Positions 1 through 9,627 of a stretch of 64,000 bases of DNA are shown piece by piece. Below the pieces are notes generated by a model, which was not told the DNA's origin, did not search any database, and worked only from the letters and a program-made list of their open reading frames with translations. The number at the start of each line of letters is the position of its first letter. Position 1 is the first letter of the stretch. The stretch comes from an uncultured Acidimicrobiia bacterium (GTDB lineage Bacteria > Actinomycetota > Acidimicrobiia > Acidimicrobiales > JACDCH01). The stretch covers positions 86,010-150,009 of the forward strand of contig CAWIZW010000012.1 of the NCBI GenBank assembly GCA_963840695.1. Reading direction: 5' to 3'. A program made the position numbers and the translations under genes.

Positions 1-1060
1 GCCCGACAGCCGCTTGAGGGTCGCCTCGGCCTCGGCGCGGATCCGAGCGAGGAGGTCGGCGACGGTCGGCACCTCGTCGACGACGCCGGTCACCTGCCCC
101 GTGGGCAGGATCCCGACCTCCGGGTCTGCCGTCGACCATCGTCGCCTTGATGAGCATCGGCGCGTTGGCCGCCAGGGCGACCTGGCTCCACGTCAGGTCC
201 TGGTTCCGCTTCATCGCCAGACCCTCACGGACGAGGTCGCCGAGCGGCGTGCCGGTCTCCTTGCGGAACCGCAGCGCCGCGGTCAGGGCCCGTGGGAACC
301 GGAGCAGGCGCGGGCTGCGCTCGATCCGGTCGACGACCTCGGTGCGGATGACCCGTTGCGGCGCGCCGTCGATGGCGGTGGTGACGACGGTGTCGGTCGG
401 GGTGGCGGCGAGGTACCGCGCCTTGACCACGTCCGGGACGCGGCTCTCCTGGGTCAGCAGGAACCTCGTGCCCATCGCCACGCCGTCGGCGCCGTAGGCG
501 AGGGCGGCGACGAGGCCGCGGCCGTCGAAGAACCCGCCGGCGGCGAGGACGGGGATCTCGGCGCCGACGGCGTCGACGACCTCGGGCAGCAGCAGCGTCG
601 TGGGTACGGCGCCGGTGTGGCCGCCGCCCTCGCCGCCCTGCGCGATCACGGCGTCGACGCCCATGGCGAGGACCTTCTCGGCGTGGCGGCGGGCGCCGAC
701 GGTCGGCATCACCAGCACGCCGGCGTCGTGGCACCGAGCCACGGCGTCGGCCGTCGGCGCCCCGGCGAAGCTGACGAGCTTCACACCCTCGCCGACGACG
801 AACGCGACGCGCTCGGCGAGGTCGGGCTGATCGGCGCGGAAGTTGACGCCGAAGGGCCGGTCGGTGCGGTCGCGGACCTCACCCACCTGCTGGCGCAGCT
901 GCTCGGGCGTCATGGTGACGGCGGCCAGGATCCCGAAGCCGCCGGCCGCGCTCGTCGCCGCCGTCAGCCGGGCGCCGGACACCCAGCCCATCCCCGTCTG
1001 CACGACCGGGAGCTCGCACCCCACGAGCTCGCAGAACCGGGTGCGCAACGGATCTGACAC
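1..1060 (-). pseudogene. Nitronate monooxygenase (NMO / 2-nitropropane dioxygenase family); 3' end runs off the window; one apparent 1-nt insertion near 131
   Basis: Own minus-strand translation from GTG 1060-1058 gives VSDPLRTRFCELVGCELPVVQTGMGWVSG...IAQGGEGGGHTG...AMGTRFLLTQES. The frame breaks after ...KATMVDG (ggcAgaccc, ~131). The conserved tail DPEVGILPTGQVTGVVDEVPTVADLL continues in another frame to the window edge. It is not in the ORF track because no stop lies inside the window. Confidence 0.85.
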
Positions 1061-1068
1061 GCCGTCAG
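1054..1068. promoter_or_regulatory. Candidate operator, CTGAC-N5-GTCAG palindrome (ctgacacgccgtcag)
   Basis: Both 5-nt arms are perfect. The site overlaps the GTG start (1060-1058) of the NMO gene. It belongs to a ten-site family in this window. Confidence 0.55.
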
Positions 1069-1253
1069 GTTAGAGCCGGACCTCGCGACCACGAAGTCCA
1101 ACCGTCGGGTCGGGGGTTCGATCCTCCTGGTCCATCGCGCGCACGCCCCGCGCCACCCCGAGGAGTTGATCAGAGCGCAGAGGGCTGTCTTCCGGTTTCA
1201 CAACCGGAGCGCACGGGCACGACTCGGCGCGTTGTCGAGCCTGGGAGGCACAC

Positions 1254-1918
<665 letters not shown>

Positions 1919-1919
<1 letters not shown>

Positions 1920-2335
1920 TGGCGGTGGATCGGGTCGACGATCCGACCCGCCCGCTCGAGCCCGACACGTCGCTGCCGGAGCTCCTCTCGCGTCTGTCCT
2001 CCGATTTCGGCGAGCTCGTGTCGACGCAGGTCGAGCTGGCCAAGGTCGAGATCAAGGAGGAAATCGCCCGGGCCGGGAAGGGCGCCGGCCTCCTCGGCGG
2101 CGGCGCCTTCGTCGGCTACCTCGCAGTGATCCTGCTCTCGTTCGCCGCCGCCTGGGGCTTGGCCGAGATCATGCCGGAAGGCTTCGCCTTCCTGATCGTC
2201 GGCGCCGTGTACGCGGTCGTCGCCATCGTCCTCCTGAGGACCGGGCGTGAGCAGATGCGTTCCGTGCAGGCCGTGCCGGAGACGACCGAAACCTTGAAGG
2301 AGGATGTCCAGTGGGCCAAACAACAGGTGAGCTGA
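1919..2335 (+). CDS. Phage-holin-family (Holin-X / DUF1469-like) membrane protein
   Basis: ORF track, 138 aa: ...LSSDFGELVSTQVELAKVEIKEE...GAGLLGGGAFVGYLAVILLSFAAAWGLAE...FLIVGAVYAVVAIVLL. The architecture, an amphipathic helix followed by two TM helices, is typical of the family. Confidence 0.7.
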
Positions 2336-3007
2336 AGGCGCAGGTGGAGGATCAGCCGCGCCGCGCTGTCCCGAGACCTCGAGGCTGTCGGTGACCGCCT
2401 CAGCCCGGGCCGGATGGTGGAGCGCCGGCGCGCCGCGGTGCGCGAACGGTTCACGTCCGTGCGCACTGCCGTCATGGGCACGGCTGACTCCGCCACCTCG
2501 TCGGTGCGCGACACCGCCGGCTCGGCCGCGACGGCGACACGCGAGACCGCTGGATCGGTCCGAGAGGCCGCCGGGTCCACGGTCGACACGCTGCAGCAGA
2601 TGCCTCGTGCCGCCGGCGAGGCCGTCGTGCAGCGGACCGAGGGCAACCCGCTCGCGGCGGGCCTCGTCGCCTTCGGCGCCGGGCTGCTCGCGGCCACCCT
2701 GCTGCCACCGTCGTCGCGGGAACGCGAACTGGCAGCCCGCGCCGAGCCCGGGCTGCGGAACGCTGTGGACGAGCTGAAGTCCGAGGCCCAGCAGGCCGTC
2801 GACGAGCTGAAGCCCGTCGCCCAGCAGGCGGTCGAGCAGGTGAAGTCCGACGTCCAGCAGGCCGCCGACTCCGTGAAGGACGAAGCCCGCTCGTCGGCGG
2901 ACTCGTTCAAGGAGAAGGCGTCGGACGCGGCCGAATCCGTCAAGCAGGACGCCACCGCATCGCGAGATGAAGGCGGCGAGGTGAGCGGCTCCGCGCCCAT
3001 TCCCTGA
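2311..3007 (+). pseudogene. DUF3618 domain protein; one apparent 1-nt insertion near 2356
   Basis: GTG 2311 gives VGQTTGELKAQVEDQ. The expected continuation RAALSRDLEAVGDRLSPGRMVERRRAAV is in the next frame and joins ORF 2414..3007. That ORF has a TM segment (NPLAAGLVAFGAGLLAATLL) and a coiled-coil-like tail. Confidence 0.65.
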
Positions 3008-3043
3008 CACGCCGCGTCACCGTCGAGCGCGACGCTCTCGCTC

Positions 3044-3492
3044 ATGGACGCCATCCGCACCCAGCTCGTCTTCGACGCCGGCGACCCCACGCGCTCGCCG
3101 CGTTCTGGGCCGACGCCCTCGGCTACGAGCACGAGGACATCGACGCCGCCGTCCGCGGCATCCTCGCCGCCGGTCACACGTCCGAGGACGACACCGTCGA
3201 GATCGACGGCAAGCGGCGCTGGCGGACGATCGCGTCGATCCGCCACCCCGACGATCCCGTCCGCGACGACGGGACGAGCCTCGGGCGCCGGATCCTCTTC
3301 CAGGTCGTGCCGGAGGCGAAGACGGCGAAGAACCGCGTCCACGTCGACCTGAACGTCGGGCCCGACGCCCGGGCCGAGCACGTCGAGCGCCTCGTGGGCC
3401 TCGGCGCGACGGTGGTGCGCGAGTACGAGCTCCCCGAGGGGCGCTGGACGGCGATGCTCGACCCGGAGGGCAACGAGTTCGACGTCCAGTGA
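3044..3492 (+). pseudogene. VOC / glyoxalase-like family protein; one apparent 1-nt deletion near 3088
   Basis: ORF 3044.. starts MDAIRTQLVFDAGDP. The expected HALAAFWADALGYEHEDIDAAV... is in the frame that ends as ORF 3307..3492 (KNRVHVDLNVGPDARAEHVERLVGLGATVVREYELPEGRWTAMLDPEGNEFDVQ). Confidence 0.7.
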
Positions 3493-3512
3493 CCCCGACC
3501 AACCGGGAGGGG

Positions 3513-4287
3513 TCAGGGGTTGGGGACCTCCCGCTCGCGGGTGGCGTCGGGGTCGATCACGTCGCGGATCAGGCGGAGCTCGTCGTCGGTCGGCAGGCGC
3601 GACTCGGTGATGTCGTCGGGCAGCGCCAGCTCGAACCCGGTGGCGGCGACGACCTCGTCGAGGGTCACGCCGGGGTGCAGCGACCGCAGGCGCATGCGGT
3701 GGTCGGGCGTCTCGAAGTCGAGCACGCACAGGTTCGTGACGACCCGACGGATCTCGTGGTACGCGCGCGGCCTCGGGCCCGAGGGCGGCAGCCCGGTCGT
3801 AGCCGATGCCGCACACGGTGTCGACGCGCTCGCAGACCACCGTCGCCGCGTGGTTCGGCACCCAGTACGACGTGACGTCGTTGATCGTGTTGCCCGGCGC
3901 ACCCCGGTAGCCGAGCAGCATCGCCCGCGGCGCCGCGTAGTCGCCGATGGCGGCGATGTTCTGGTTGCCGTACCGGTCGACCTGGGTGGCGCCCATCATC
4001 ACGTGACGCTTGCCGCTCCACACCCAGTCGAACATGTGCCGGTACGGGTTGAAGTGCTCGACGACGAGGGCATCGGGGTCGGGGACGGCCTCGTCGTTGG
4101 CGACGAGCTTCGCCTCGCCGTCGGTCATGGCCAGGTCGGGCTCGAAGGTGGCGCGGGCGAGCCGGCCGCCGATCATCGGGATCGTGCCGATGGGGTTGGC
4201 CAGGATCTCGCCGTCGCCGCGGAAGCACTCGGCCACCGCGACGACGCACACCTCGGCTCGGGTCGGAGCACCGAGGTCTGCCGTCAC
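3513..4287 (-). pseudogene. ipdB: CoA-transferase subunit beta (IpdB-like); one apparent frameshift near 3763
   Basis: The N-terminal part VTADLGAPTRAEVCVVAVAECFRGDGEILANP...GATQVDRYGNQNIAAIG...GNTINDVTSYWVPNH...GIGYDRAAALGPEAAR lies inside ORF 2116..4791. The C-terminal part YHEIRRVVTNLCVLDFETPDHRMRLRSLHPGVTLDEV...LPTDDELRLIRDVIDP is ORF 3513..3902. Confidence 0.8.
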
Positions 4288-5136
4288 GACGCCTGTCCGC
4301 CTGGCCTGGTACTCGGCCTCGTCCAGGTCGAGCCACGCCGTGCGGAAGTCGGCCCAGGCCTCCGGCGACTTCGCCGTCGCCGCGTAGGTGCGCTGGAACG
4401 CCTCGTCGCGGTCGTAGTCGGGGACGCACGAGGTGAAGTGGGCGCCGCCGGGCGCCTCGACGACGCCGGTCACCTGCAGCCGGCTCACCAGCAGGCGCGT
4501 GAGGCCGACCTCCGGCTCGAGCTCCTCGGTCGGCACGATCCGCTCGCAGGACACGAACGCCTTGTCGGCGGCGGCGACGAAGAGGTCGTCGAAGTACGGG
4601 TCGGGGCCGAGGTAGCCGGCGTTGCCCCGGGCGTCGGCCCGGTTGAGGTGGACGAGGGCGGCGTCGAGGCGCAGGGCCGGGGCGGCGACGAGCTCCTCGC
4701 CGTCGTCGTACGGCGACATGACCGTCCGCAGGCGGGGGTTGTCGCGGAACAGGTCGGAGCCGAGCCCGACCCGGGTCGGCAGGAACGGCACCCGCCAGGC
4801 CGCCGCCTGCAGGCCGAGCAGGAAGAGGCCCTCGTCCTAGGGCTCGTCGTCGATGGCGCCGGCCTGGCGGGCGGCGCGGAAGTGCGGCTCGAGCGGGATC
4901 GAGTCGAGGGAGACGAAGGCGTACACGGCCTTGGCACCTTGCCGGCGGCGCACAGCAGGCCGAGGTCGGGACCGCCGTAGGTGACGACGGTCAGGTCGGT
5001 GAGGTCGCTGCGCAGGATGGCCCGCACGAGCGACATCGGCTTGCGCCGGCTCCCCCACCCGCCGATGCCGATCGTCATGCCCGAGCGCGAGCTCGGCGAC
5101 GACCTCGTCGGGCGAGAGCCGCTTGTCGCGACTCAC
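4284..5136 (-). pseudogene. ipdA: CoA-transferase subunit alpha (IpdA-like); about 2 indels (~5088, ~4935), an in-frame TAG at 4837-4839, and no in-frame stop at the 3' end
   Basis: The pieces VSRDKRLSPDEVVAEL / (R)SGMTIGIGGWGSRRKPMSLVRAILRSDLTDLTVVTYGGPDLGLLCAAGKV / AKAVYAFVSLDSIPLEPHFRAARQAGAIDDEP-TAG-DEGLFLLGLQAAAWRVPFLPTRVGLGSDL...VEAPGGAHFTSCVPDYDRDEAFQ are spread over ORFs 4837..6057, 4485..5078 and 2116..4791. A GTGA start overlaps the upstream stop at 5136-5133. Confidence 0.8.
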
Positions 5137-5898
5137 TTCGAGGTGTCCGTGTCGCGCTTGTCGACGAACGCGTCGCGGTGCTCGTCGGCGACGCCGGACA
5201 GGTTGAGCTCGAAGGTGAAGCCCTGCTCGTACCGGTAGCTGCGCTTCACGTCCCACAGGTCGATGCCGTTGAGCGACTCCTTGGCCGCCCGGATGACGGT
5301 CGGCGACTTCGCGGCGATGGCGGCGGCGACCTCGAAGCGCGGCGTCGCGCAGCTCGTCGGCGGAACACGACCGCGGAGCACCGAGCCGAAGTGGTGCAGC
5401 TCCTGCGGCCGTCGCGGTCGCCGACGTGTACACCATCGCCCGCATCTTGTGCTGGGGCACGAGCCGGGCGAGGTGCGTGGCCGCGCCGAGCGCACCCCGG
5501 TCGACCTCGGGGAGCCCGAAGGTGGCGTCGTCGCTGGCGATGACGATGTCGGCGTTGCCGACCAGGCCGATGCCGCCGCCGAGGCAGTAGCCGTTGACGG
5601 CGGCGATCACCGGCACGGGGCAGTCGTAGACGGCGGCGAAGGCGGCGAAGCAGCCCCGGTTGGCGCCGATGAGGGCGTCGTGGCCCTCGGTCGCCTGCAT
5701 CTCCTTGATGTCGACCCCGGCGTTGAAGCCACGACCCTCGGCGCGGAGGACCACGACCCGCACCGACGGGTCGCGCCCGAGCGCGGTGATCGTGTCGGCC
5801 AGCTCGAACCAGCCCGCCACGGTGAGCGCGTTGACCGGCGGGTTGTCCATCACGACCTCGGCGATGCCGCGGTCGTCGACGGCGCTCGTGATCCCCAC
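5133..5898 (-). pseudogene. Enoyl-CoA hydratase/isomerase (EchA20-like position); about 3 frameshifts between 5340 and 5410
   Basis: VGITSAVDDRGIAEVVMDNPPVNAL...VVVLRAEGRGFNAGVDIKEM...VIAAVNGYCLGGGIGLVGNADIVIASDDATFGLPEVDRGALGA is in ORF 4837..6057. The tail ...QELHHFGSVLR / ADELRDAA / FEVAAAIAAKSPTVIRAAKESLNGID...ADEHRDAFVDKRDTDTSK alternates with ORF 5133..5495. Confidence 0.8.
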
Positions 5899-5918
5899 GG
5901 CCGTGACCGTAGCCCGAC

Positions 5919-5933
5919 CTGACGAGGCGTCAG
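5919..5933. promoter_or_regulatory. Candidate operator, CTGAC-N5-GTCAG (ctgacgaggcgtcag)
   Basis: Perfect arms. It lies in the about 100-nt divergent region between the hydratase start (5898) and the SDR start (5996). Confidence 0.55.
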
Positions 5934-5995
5934 AAGTAGGCGACGAGGCGCCCGCCCGCTGGCGCGCCGCCTCGCACCTGGGAGAAGGTTCGGCA

Positions 5996-6762
5996 ATGGG
6001 CGACCCCCTCGACTTCACCGGCCAGGTCGTGCTCGTCACCGGCGGCACCCGCAACATCGGCCGCGCCGATCAGCGAGCGCTTCGCCGCGGCCGGCGCCAC
6101 CGTCGTCGCCTGCGGGCGCAACGATCCGGGCGACCTCGGACCGCTCGCGCTTCGTCGCCTGCGACGTCCGCGATCCCGACGCCGTCGCCGCCATGGTCGA
6201 CGAGCATCGCCGACCGAACACGGGCGGCTCGACGTCGTCGTCAACAACGCCGGCGGGTCGCCGCCCGTCGCCGCCGCCGACGGCCTCGCCGCGCTTCAGC
6301 GAGACGGATCGTCGCCCTCAACCTGCTGGCGCCGATGTACGTGTCCCAGGCCGCCAACCGGGTGATGCAAGCGCCAGGACGACGGCGGCGTCATCGTCAA
6401 CATCGGGTCGGTCTCGGGCATGCGGCCGACGCCGAACACCGCCGCCTACGGCGCGGCCAAGGCCGGCCTGGTCAACCTCACGCAGACGCTCGCCATGGAG
6501 TGGGCGCCGAAGGTGCGGGTGAACATGGTGACCGCCGGGCTCGTCCTCACCGCCGACACCAAGGCCTTGGTACGGCGAGGGCGAGGCGCTCGAGCGGCGT
6601 GCACGCCACCGTGCCGCTCGGGCGCATGGCCGACCCCGCCGACATCGCCGACGCCGTCCTCGCCATGGCCCGCCCGCTCTGCCGCTTACGCCAGCGGCGC
6701 CAACCTCGTCGTCGACGGCGGCGGCGAGCGCCCGCCCTACCTCGACGCCGCCGAGGAGCTGA
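5996..6762 (+). pseudogene. SDR-family oxidoreductase, heavily frameshifted (at least 7 frame switches); 3' end unresolved
   Basis: GGAGAAGG RBS, then ATG 5996: MGDPLDFTGQVVLVTGGTRNIGRA. Further pieces lie in three frames: ISERFAAAGATVVACGRND, LDVVVNNAGGSPP, IVALNLLAPMYVSQAANRVMQ, VIVNIGSVSGMRPTPNTAAYGAAKAGLVNLTQTLAMEWAPKVRVNMVTAG, HATVPLGRMADPADIADAVL, AAYASGANLVVDGGGERPPYL. No in-frame stop precedes the next gene; a TGA at 6760-6762 is in another frame. Confidence 0.7.
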
Positions 6763-6773
6763 CGGTCCGTCAG
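6759..6773. promoter_or_regulatory. Candidate operator, CTGAC-N5-GTCAG (ctgacggtccgtcag)
   Basis: Perfect arms, about 20 nt upstream of the DUF35 ATG at 6795. It is internal to the SDR-DUF35-thiolase unit. Confidence 0.5.
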
Positions 6774-6794
6774 GTCCAGCGCTACCGTCGGACG

Positions 6795-7240
6795 ATGGCC
6801 AAGACCAGGGTGCCTGCCCTCGGCGCCGAGGGGTGGTTCACCGAGGACGGCGGCGCCGCGCTCGCTCGGCACGCGCTGCACGACGTGCGGCACGGTGTTC
6901 TTCCCGAAGGCCGCCTTCTTCTGCGGCAACCCGAGCTGCGCCGGGCACCGAGTTCGACGAGGTGCGGCTCTCGACGACCGGGACGGTGTGGTCGCTACAC
7001 CGACGCCCGGTACCAGCCGCCGGCTCGCCGTACGTCGCCACCGACCGACCCGTACGAGCCGTTCGCCCTCGCCGCCGTCGAGCTCGACGGTGACGGCCTC
7101 GTCGTGCTCGGCCAGATGGTCGGCGGGCACCGGCATCACCGACCTGCACGTCGGTGCCGCGCGTCGAGCTCGTCGTCGACACCCTCTTCGAGGACGACGA
7201 GCACGAGTACACGATCTGGAAGTGGCGGGTGCCGGCATGA
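6795..7240 (+). pseudogene. Zn-ribbon / OB-fold protein (DUF35 family, thiolase partner), at least 6 frame switches
   Basis: The pieces MAKTRVPALGAEGWFTEDGGAAL / GTRCTTCGTVFFPKAAFFCGNPSCAG / TEFDEVRLSTTGTVWS / YTDARYQPPA / SPYVATD / DPYEPFALAAVELDGDGLVVLGQMVGG / TGITDLHVGA / RVELVVDTLFEDDEHEYTIWKWRVPA are read across ORFs 6420..8525, 6895..8439 and 5660..7093. The ATGA overlaps the thiolase start. Confidence 0.7.
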
Positions 7241-8439
7241 GCCGCTCCGACGACGTCGTCGTCGCCGGCGTCGGCATGACGCCGTGGGGCAAGTGGGGCC
7301 GCAACTTCGTCGAGTACGGCGTCGAGGCGGCGCGCGACGCCCTCGCCGACGCCGGCATCGAGTGGCGCGACGTCCAGTTCGTCGCCGGCGGCGAGACCGT
7401 CCGCAACGGCTACGCCGGGTACGTCGCCGGCGCGTCGATCGCCCAGGCCCTCGGCTGGACCGGTGCCCAGGTGTCCACCAGCTACGGCGCCTGCGCGTCC
7501 GGGTCCCAGGCGATCGACGCGGCCCGGGCCCGCATCCTCGCCGGCCTCTGCGACGTCGCCCTCGTCGTCGGCGCCGACACGACGCCGAAGGGCTTCCTCG
7601 CCCCGAACGCCGGCGACCGCCCCGACGATCCCGACTGGCTGCGCTTCCGGCTCCTCGGCGCGACCAACCCGACGTACTTCGCCCTCGTGGCCCGCCGCCG
7701 GATCGACCTGTACGGCGCCACGCCCGAGGACTTCGCCGCGGTCAAGGTGAAGAACGCCCGTCACGGCCTGGCCAACCCGCGGGCCCGGTACCGCAAGGAG
7801 GTGACGGTCGAGGAGGTGCTCGACTCGCCCGTCGTCGCCGATCCGCTGCACCTGCTCGACATCTGCGCCACCATCCGACGGCGGCGCCGCCGTCGTGCTC
7901 GTGTCGGCCGCCAAGGCCCGGCAGCTCGGCGTCGCCGCACCAGGTGCGCGTGCGGGCGGTCTCGACGGTCACGCCGACCTTCCCGAACACCGTCATCGAG
8001 ATGCCCAACTTCGCCACCGACTCCTCGGTGTCGGTGGCGCCACCGGCGCGCACGTTCATGGACTCGATCGCCACGGAGCGCCTACGAACAGGCCGGGATC
8101 GGCCCCGAGGACCTGTCGTTCGCCGAGGTCTACGACCTCGCCACCGCCCTCGAGCTCGACTGGTACGAGCACCTCGGCCTGTGCGGGCCGGGCGAGGCCG
8201 AGAAGCTGCTGCGCGACGGCGACACCGCCATCGGCGGCCGGATCCCGGTCAACCCCAGCGGCGGGCTCGCCTGCTTCGGCGAGGCCGTGCCGGCCCAGGC
8301 CATCGCCCAGGTCTGCGAGGTCGTCTGGCAGCTGCGGGGCCAGGCCGGCGACCGCCAGGTCGAGGGCGCGCGGGTGGGCATCACGGCCAACAAGGGACTC
8401 TTCGGCCACGGCTCGTCGGTCTTGCTGAGCTCCTCATGA
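7237..8439 (+). pseudogene. Thiolase-like protein (non-specific lipid-transfer/SCP-x type acetyl-CoA acetyltransferase); about 3 frameshifts (~7872, ~7942, ~8080)
   Basis: MSRSDDVVVAGVGMTPWGKWGRNFVEYGVEAARDALADAGI...STSYGACASGSQAIDAARARI...DPLHLLDICAT, then DGGAAVVLVSAAKARQLGVAAP / VRVRAVSTVTPTFPNTVIEMPNFATDSS in other frames. The frame then returns for AYEQAGIGPEDLSFAEVYDLATALELDWYEHLGLCGPGE...VNPSGGLACFGEAVPAQAI. Confidence 0.8.
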
Positions 8440-8440
8440 A

Positions 8441-8465
8441 CCGGCCGCCCAGCGGGGGCGGCCGG
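8441..8465 (+). terminator. GC-rich hairpin directly after the thiolase stop (10-bp stem ccggccgccc / gggcggccgg, loop agcgg)
   Basis: Seen in sequence. There is no T-tract, as is common in high-GC actinobacteria. The same hairpin sequence recurs at 9382-9406. Confidence 0.5.
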
Positions 8466-8532
8466 TACAACGGAAGGGCAGGGACCGGTTCGAACCTGAG
8501 TACGCGCGGAGTGAAACGGTTATAGAGGCCCT

Positions 8533-9381
8533 GTGCGCTGGCGCCGGGGGCAGTCTTCTGAGTACGTCGACGACCGGCGCGGCCGCAGCGTCGGCGGGAT
8601 CGCGGCCGGAGGCGGGGGCATCGCCGTCATCGTCGCCATCCTCTTCGCCGTGCTGGGCGGGGGCGGTGGAGGCGGCGCCGGGCTCCCCGACATCGGCGAG
8701 ATCCTGGGCCAGCTGAACGCGCCGGCGAGCGGGGGCGAGGACGTCGTCGAGGGAACGGGCGGGGCGGCCGACGACGAGCTCGAGGACTTCATGCGGGCGG
8801 TGATGAACGACGTCCAGGCGGAGTGGGAGGCGCAGTTCCGGGCAGCCGGAAGCACCTACGAGCCGACCACCCTCGTCCTGTTCACCGGGGCCGTCGACAC
8901 GGGATGCGGCCAGGCCACTTCCGCCGTCGGGCCCTTCTACTGCCCGCCCGACCGCCTGGCGTACATCGACTTCGAGTTCTTCCAGGAGCTCCGCAGCCGC
9001 TTCGGCGCCCCGGGCGACTTCGCCCAGGCCTACGTGATCGCCCACGAGGTCGGCCACCACGTGCAGAACCTGCTCGGCGCGACGGTCGGCGGCCGGTCGT
9101 CGAACGAGGACTCGGTGCGGATCGAGCTGCAGGCCGACTGCTACGCCGGGGTGTGGGCGCACAGCGTCTTCGCCGAGGGCGACCTCGAGGAGGGCGACCT
9201 CGAGGAGGGCCTCGGCGCCGCCGCCGCCGTGGGCGACGACCGCATCCAGGAGCAGTCGGGTGTCGACGTGAACCCCGAGACCTGGACCCACGGCTCGAGC
9301 GAGCTGCGCGTCGAGTGGTTCCGAACCGGCTACGAGTCCGGCGACCCCGACGCCTGCGACACCAGCGGCGTCGTTCTCTGA
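8533..9381 (+). CDS. Neutral zinc metallopeptidase (YpfJ-like family)
   Basis: ORF track, 282 aa, intact. N-terminus MRWRRGQSSEYVDDRRG, one TM segment, HExxH site AYVIAHEVGHHVQN, and ELQADCYAGVW. Confidence 0.85.
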   Translation: MRWRRGQSSEYVDDRRGRSVGGIAAGGGGIAVIVAILFAVLGGGGGGGAGLPDIGEILGQLNAPASGGEDVVEGTGGAADDELEDFMRAVMNDVQAEWEAQFRAAGSTYEPTTLVLFTGAVDTGCGQATSAVGPFYCPPDRLAYIDFEFFQELRSRFGAPGDFAQAYVIAHEVGHHVQNLLGATVGGRSSNEDSVRIELQADCYAGVWAHSVFAEGDLEEGDLEEGLGAAAAVGDDRIQEQSGVDVNPETWTHGSSELRVEWFRTGYESGDPDACDTSGVVL

Positions 9382-9406
9382 CCCGCCGCCCAGCGGGGGC
9401 GGCCGG
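9382..9406 (+). terminator. Second copy of the GC-rich hairpin (cccgccgccc agcgg gggcggccgg), after the peptidase stop
   Basis: Seen in sequence, with one stem mismatch relative to 8441-8465. It is followed by the tandem repeat. Confidence 0.45.
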
Positions 9407-9625
9407 TACCGCTGAAGAGCAAAGGCAGGATGCCGCCCCGACCACGGATGTGTCGGGCACGACAGGAATCCGTGTGAGCGGAGGCGCCAGGAGGGCGCCG
9501 GAGCGAACTTGCAAGGGCGGCAACCGAGTACCGCGGCAGGATGCCGCCCCCGACCCACGCGAGCGTCGGGCTACGACAGGAATCCGTGTGAGCGGAGGCG
9601 CCAGGAGGGCGCCGGAGCGAACTTG
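9406..9625. repeat. Two tandem ~111-nt intergenic repeat units, each ending in an identical 53-mer
   Basis: The 53-mer acgacaggaatccgtgtgagcggaggcgccaggagggcgccggagcgaacttg occurs at 9459-9511 and 9573-9625. The upstream parts are also similar: gtaccgc...ggcaggatgccgcccc, plus a cccgac/gtcggg hairpin with different loops. Confidence 0.85.
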
Positions 9626-9627
9626 AA

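Noticed and set aside
1100-1136. tRNA-like T-arm (gggggTTCGATCctcct followed by ggtcca) just downstream of the NMO start region; a possible tRNA gene or att-site remnant
   Set aside because: No complementary 5' acceptor strand, no D-arm and no plausible anticodon stem-loop can be built from the preceding ~70 nt (1064-1111). The T-stem would need two G-U pairs. At most this is a degenerate fragment, so I did not report it as a tRNA.
4284-4290. A genuine IpdA-IpdB fusion protein (no stop between the subunits)
   Set aside because: A TGA that forms the usual GTGA overlap with the beta-subunit GTG is present one frame off. Indels are rampant in this gene, so a missed frameshift near the 3' end is the simpler explanation. 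I kept it as an open point in the findings.
2116-4791. Very long ORFs in the track (891 aa at 2116..4791 minus, 1168 aa at 27782..31288 minus, 910 aa at 23712..26444 minus, 856 aa at 13377..15947 plus, etc.) as giant proteins
   Set aside because: They are Arg/Ala/Pro/Gly-rich run-throughs, typical of off-frame or antisense reading in ~70 % GC DNA. Recognisable protein segments occupy only parts of them and belong to several different genes joined by missing stops or frameshifts.
4837-4839. TAG in the ipdA-like gene as pyrrolysine or a reassigned stop
   Set aside because: It is a single occurrence. TAG is used as a normal terminator elsewhere in the window (e.g. 13163-13165, 42570-42572). The surrounding region is full of other sequence lesions.
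9175-9210. Tandem 15-nt duplication gagggcgacctcgag x2 (EGDLE-EGDLE) inside the zinc metallopeptidase gene, as a recent slippage or contingency repeat
   Set aside because: It is in-frame with only two copies. It falls in a segment where family members, as I recall, already carry a GDLExGDxEEG-like motif, so it is probably ordinary protein sequence.
9406-9625. CRISPR array: two identical 53-nt repeats spaced by ~61 nt
   Set aside because: There are only two units. The supposed spacers are themselves homologous to each other, so this is a tandem duplication of a ~111-nt unit. The repeat is longer than typical CRISPR repeats, an inverted copy exists at 13.9 kb, and there are no cas genes in the window.
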